Shown here piece after piece: positions 58,976 through 64,000 of a stretch of DNA of 64,000 nucleotides. This DNA is from Thalia democratica (Eukaryota). The notes beneath the pieces were generated by a model. That model saw only the letters and a list, made by a program, of their open reading frames with translations, did no database searches and was not told where the DNA came from. Both the position numbers and the translations under genes were made by a program. The stretch covers positions 45,384,001 to 45,448,000 of the forward strand of contig OZ241831.1 of the NCBI GenBank assembly GCA_965202585.1. The letters run 5' to 3'. How positions within the stretch are numbered: position 1 is the stretch's first letter; each line of letters opens with the position of its first letter.

Positions 58976-60702
58976 TAGTGATGTACCGGACTCACTATCC
59001 GGGTCCGGGTCCGGCCGGATATTGCCATTTTTGTCTGATATCCGGATCCGGCCGGATTCTAATTTGAAAAAAAAGTCCGGATCCGGTTCCGGCCGGACTC
59101 TAATTTGAAAAAAAAAGTCCGGATCCGGTTCCGGCCGGATTCTAATTTGAAAAAAAAGTCCGGATCCGGTTCCGGCCGGATCCTAACAAAGATCCGGCCG
59201 GACCCGGATCTAGTTAGTAAAAAAGAGCATACTGAAAAGTATTTTTTCAAAAACACCTACCGTGATTGACTCATTTTGTACACGTGACTAATTTACATTT
59301 GTTTACATTTAAACTATAAAATAAACATTTCATGAAATGCAACTCTTTACATATGTTGTAAAATTGAAAACTTTGGAATGAATACTTGCATTATTTATTG
59401 TTTAAAGTTGAGCTCAGAGAATATTTAGAGTTAAAACGGTTGAATGTACGAGCCAATGAGAATCATAATACGAAATGTTTCAAATTAAATACTGATTCAA
59501 CAAAACATCAGAACATGACAGGCAGTTTATATGTAAGCAGTTAGTTAGTTTGGTGTGTAGCTTGAAGCAACAAAATATCTTGAAAATTTTTGTGAAAACT
59601 TATTGTAAATAGTGCTTTGTTTTAAAAGTGAATATTTCAACAGGTGTTTAATTGTTTAAATATTTAAGCCAGGTTTATAGTTTAATTTTACAGTTACTTA
59701 TTTACTAAAAATTTTATTTAATTTTTAGATTTTTGTTTTAAGTCTTTTGATATAGGGTTATATAGCTTCCAGTTTTTAAAGTGTTACCAAAGTAATTGGT
59801 AATTTTGTATCTGCTAGTATTTCTTGTTGTGGTTTATATAAAAGATTCATCACTCAAAACTGTCGTGTCTGATTATAGAAAGTAGTCTCAGTTAGAATTT
59901 AGTATTTGTTAGATATTAAATAAATAAGGTAGGATTTAATTATGATGGGTAGTAATAATAAGTTAAGTGTACCTCAATCAGTCCACAACTTTACTACCAA
60001 ATTGTCAACCTTTGCTAGCTGTTCTACTGATTATTAGATTTAAGTAATTTTTTTCAGTTTTTAAAAACCTCATTCTGACTCAGGCTTGTTTATACTCACT
60101 CTAGCTAGTTTTATTGACTTAAACAGTAGCAACCCTGCTATTTTGAAAGTTTTTGAAAATTTTAGAAAATCTTGGACTGCCTCAGGCTAGTTTAGTTTTT
60201 ATAAAAACTCAGGCTAGTTTTCTTTTAGATTTTGAATGAGTTTGAGCTGATCCAGTTTTCAATATTTTGTAATTTTCTAGTGTATTTTGTTCAAGAACTT
60301 GATTTCAGATTTTTAAATGTAAATAACACCTAAATTTGTAAACCTTGTGGCTAGGTGTTCTTCTTATTATTAGATTAAAGTTCTTTTTTTTCAGTTTTTA
60401 AAAACCTCATTCTGACTCAGGCTAGTTTATTCTAGTGATGTACCGGACTCACTATCCGGGTCCGGCCGGATATTGCCATTTTTGTCTGATATCCGGATCC
60501 GGCCGGATTCTAATTTGAAAAAAAAAGTCCGAATCCGGTTCCGGCCGGACTCTAAATTGAAAAAAAAGTCCGGATCCGGTTCCGGCCGGATTCGAATTTG
60601 AAAAACAAGTCCGGATCCGGTTCCGGCCGAATTCTAATTTGAAAAAAAAAGTCCGGATCCGGTTCCGGCCGGACCCGAAATTGTGGGTCCGGTACATCAC
60701 TA
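58976..60702. mobile_element. Composite non-autonomous hAT element (TIR TAGTGATGTACCGGA) with an internal second left end at 60433
   Basis: TIRs at 58976 and ending 60702; perfect 8-bp TSD GTTTTAAG (58968-58975, 60703-60710); subterminal ~38-39 bp repeats CCGGATCCGGTTCCGGCCGGATTCTAATTTGAAAAAAAAGT at 59030-59190 and 60495-60675. Confidence 0.88.
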
Positions 60703-61819
60703 GTTTTAAGCGCTTTTAATTCTTTGTTTTATTTTTAAAAGGTGTATAAAAGGAAAACAACTAGTTCATTTAAACAAGTTAGTTAAAAATAATTAATTCT
60801 TTTACGTTTTTTTCAATATTTTATAAACAAATTTGTTAGCTACATTTAAAAACTAAAGTATTTAATTTATATCTTTTGAAATTAAATACTCTAAAAGTTT
60901 TATTGAATTGTTTACTTTTCTAAATACTTTTTAAAGACTAAAGACAGTTTATTTTGTATGTACAGCTTAATAAAAAAAGGAAGTCAGTGAGTTTTTTTGA
61001 AGTTAGATAAGTTAAAAAAATTAAGTTTTTGAAAAAATTTTTACAGACAGACATTTTCGTAATAAATAATGAAAAAAAAACAAGTTAAAGATTAAATGAA
61101 AACTTGTTGAAAAAACCAATTACATCAAAATTAAACTATTGTCAAAGTTCTGAAATATTGGTTTTTAAAAAAGGTATTGTTTTTATATTCACAGTTTTAA
61201 GTCAATTATAGATTTTATACAATAAGATTTTATAAAAATATAATTTGTCGATTAGTGCATTATATATAAACATGACATTTTACTATTAGTACTTAAAAAA
61301 AACATTAGTTTTGGGCCACGGTCAGAAAACAATTTTTCTTTAACCAAAATTATCAATCTTAAACGGTTTCACAGTTATTAAAAAATTATTGTTACTATTT
61401 TGTTTATGTCTAACAAAAGAAAACGATAAAATCCAATAACTAAATGAAAAACTTCAAACTATCAAGCTAAAACCTTTTTTTCAACCAAAAAAATCTTGTT
61501 TCAAAGTAAATTTTAAAGCTTGTATAGCTATGTTCTTATAGATAGTCAATTAATCATTTTGTTAAAGTCAATTTTAGTCAAATATACTAATTTTTCATTT
61601 AAGTGGTCCAAAAGTTAAAAATTTAGAATTTAAATATTTTTTAGTTTACATGGTTTTCCTTACCAACTTAAAGGAAATAGGCATTTAAACTTAGTTTCAT
61701 GTTTGTTTTTTATCTATACTTAATAACTCTAGTTGCAGGTTACTTTTACCTGTAAGATCTAGATATATTGATTTGCTTTAAAACTAATCCATAAACGTTA
61801 TTCTAGACTAGATATAACA

Positions 61820-62209
61820 ATGAAGTTTGCTCTAATTTATGTTTTGCTCTTTTGCTTTTGTCACTCCGTCTTCAGCTTGAAGTGCTACCAATGCAACGTA
61901 GAAAGAAGCTACAACGGCACGGATCCCGCTTGCAACCAACCCGAAGAAGTTGTTTGCGGGGTTGGCATGGAAATGTGCGCTAAAGTGTCGGTTTCCCGTA
62001 AAGACCAGAAAGGCGTCAGCAAGGGGTGTTCCCCAAAATGCTCTAATATGCAGTATTCCACTGACGTTTCCGGCATCAAAATAAACGCAATCTGCTGCCA
62101 AGGAAATCTTTGTAACTCGTCATATAAGGCTTCCAAAAACAATTTTCTGCTTTTGCTGTGTATGCTTATTTTAAATTGGTTTTTTAAGAAAATACAAATC
62201 GGTCTTTAA
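61820..62209 (+). CDS. Ly6/uPAR (LU, three-finger) domain protein, predicted secreted and GPI-anchored, single coding exon, 129 aa
   Basis: Hydrophobic signal peptide ending VFS-LKCYQC; 10 cysteines in LU spacing ending CCQGNLCN; then a short spacer and hydrophobic tail (NNFLLLLCMLILNWFF). Confidence 0.88.
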   Translation: MKFALIYVLLFCFCHSVFSLKCYQCNVERSYNGTDPACNQPEEVVCGVGMEMCAKVSVSRKDQKGVSKGCSPKCSNMQYSTDVSGIKINAICCQGNLCNSSYKASKNNFLLLLCMLILNWFFKKIQIGL

Positions 62210-64000
62210 ACTTTAAATAAATACAAGAGTTGTAAAATGCTGACATTAACGTTTATTGAGAGCATATATTTAGCAACTAATACTATTTACTTTAAAAATT
62301 TTTAACTTCAAATAATGTAAGCACTAAGTGCTGGCGTTATTGTTATTAAAAATAAATAATAAGCAACTTATTCTGTTTTTTTTTTCAATTTAGCTTTTGT
62401 AACAGTCATTTAAGGCTTGTAACTTTACACTTAAGTATTTAGTAAGCAGTTATACAACTTGATGTATCGTTTAACTGTCAATTTTTGTAAATAAACAGTA
62501 TCTGTTGTATGTAAGCGTACATATGTTGTAAAACTAGGTTATTCATTTAACTTTTAAATACCTAAGGTAAACGTTTTTTATAAATAGACGTATAACAACG
62601 AAGAATTTTAAAAGAGTTGCTAAAAAAATATAAAACGTACCAATGTATTTTTCAATCAAGTTAATTCAACTACAACTAAACTAAAATGTTTAAAAACTAT
62701 CAGCGTGTTAATTATCATCTAAGTTGATAAGTTTATATTAATGTTGTAAAATAAAAATAAAATAATAACATTAAGCTGCAAACAGAGATGCGATTTAATT
62801 TGAATTTAAATCGGGCTCTAACTAATTTTCTTTTGCTATGAACGTAATAAACACAACTTATAATTGTCTAGACTTTTCAAACGAAGACTGCCATAAGTAA
62901 GGATATTTTAAATCTAGTGGTTTGAAACTTAAACTTTTTATCATTCAATTTACCAAGACTAAATTTAAAAAAGTTTAAGCCAGGGTTTCCTAAAATGGGG
63001 GTGATTTTAATAATCAGTTCGCAATGTATAGTTAATAATTGAAATAAAAATAAAATGAGTAATTTGTTAGTAAAATGTTTAATCGGGGCGGTAATTCATT
63101 AGTTTTATCAAAAAAGCCTCAAAAAAATTTAATTTACTTGGCTTATAAAATTTATCATAATAATTAAAAAAAAAAAACAAAAACTTTTGTTTGATTAGTT
63201 TAATTTTCACTGAGTTGTTTTATTTTTTTTTCAGATAAAAACCACAAAAATAAAATTTAAATAGATATTCAAACAAAGACTGATTATAAGTATTTAGTAA
63301 GTTCATTTCTTTAACAATTTTAAAAGTATAAACACAACCTTATAATTATAAGAAAAAGTGGATAAAGAATAGTTTCAAAAAATGATTCTTAGAGAAAAAT
63401 AAAAAGCAAAATAAATACATAACAAACTCAAATGTAACAACTAATCTGAAAAATTTTAGTAAAAAATGATATAATTTAAGTTGTAAAAATTATTTTTATT
63501 CAAAGCAATAAAAACAATTCTAGTTTGAAACAGTTTATACAAAAACCAAGTTAAATTTATAACTAAAAAAAAACATTTTTAGTGTTAGTATAAAATTATT
63601 TGTTAAAAACTGTACATCAGTACTTTATCGAATTCAATATAAATAAATGAAGTTTGTTTGTAAAAATAAATTTCATAACACAGGTACTTCTAAAAATACA
63701 ACCAAGAATAGTAACTTAAACTTAATTGAAAAGTTAAAAAAGTATTGTATAACTCAGTGGTCGTCCAGCTAGTAAAAATCTGAGCACAATAAACTGAAAA
63801 ATAAAAGTTCTGTGCACCCCGATATTTAACTTTAAAGAGCCTTTAGTGGCAAGACTACGTAACCACTTTTAATTGACTTTACTGATACGTTTTTACGCTT
63901 ACAAATAATTAAATTAATTTATTTAAAACTTTAATCCTTATATCAGATGCAAATTAAAATATCTAAAATTAGTTCTTTGTTAAATGATCTTCTTTTAAAC

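Noticed and set aside
59059-60700. ORFs 59059-59256 and 60452-60700 (and 12675-12890)
   Set aside because: Translations of the hAT subterminal tandem repeats, not genes.
60433-60702. Short hAT MITE as an independent insertion
   Set aside because: It has no TSD of its own; the 8-bp TSD belongs to the 58976-60702 composite.

Overview
AT-rich, intron-rich eukaryotic (most likely animal) genomic DNA; the species cannot be determined from the sequence. The main gene is a complete, divergent DDB1 on the + strand (20077-38762, 27 coding exons, about 1198 aa). I assembled it by hand with consistent intron phases, GT-AG introns and the standard code. Other coding sequence: an intronless Ly6/uPAR (three-finger) GPI-anchor-type gene (61820-62209), an unrecognised spliced minus-strand gene with a 13-aa Gln/Arg/Glu repeat (about 46.2-48.8 kb), and several weaker minus-strand exon candidates. 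The rest is rich in mobile DNA: two large foldback palindromes (4147-6861 with a perfect 9-bp TSD; 54013-56037 built of 193-bp units), a composite hAT unit with an 8-bp TSD (58976-60702), a decayed BED-finger transposase, many MITEs, an RTE-like LINE remnant, and a truncated Penelope-like element (GIY-YIG) carrying a type I hammerhead ribozyme. The least explained signal is in the DDB1 introns. Eight short copies of the gene's own exon-intron junctions lie nearby on the intron side, splice signals are degenerate (GTTTG-type donors, A/C-rich acceptors), and internal exons are strongly GC3/CpG-rich inside very AT-rich introns. All coordinates and counts were made by hand; no database searches were run.
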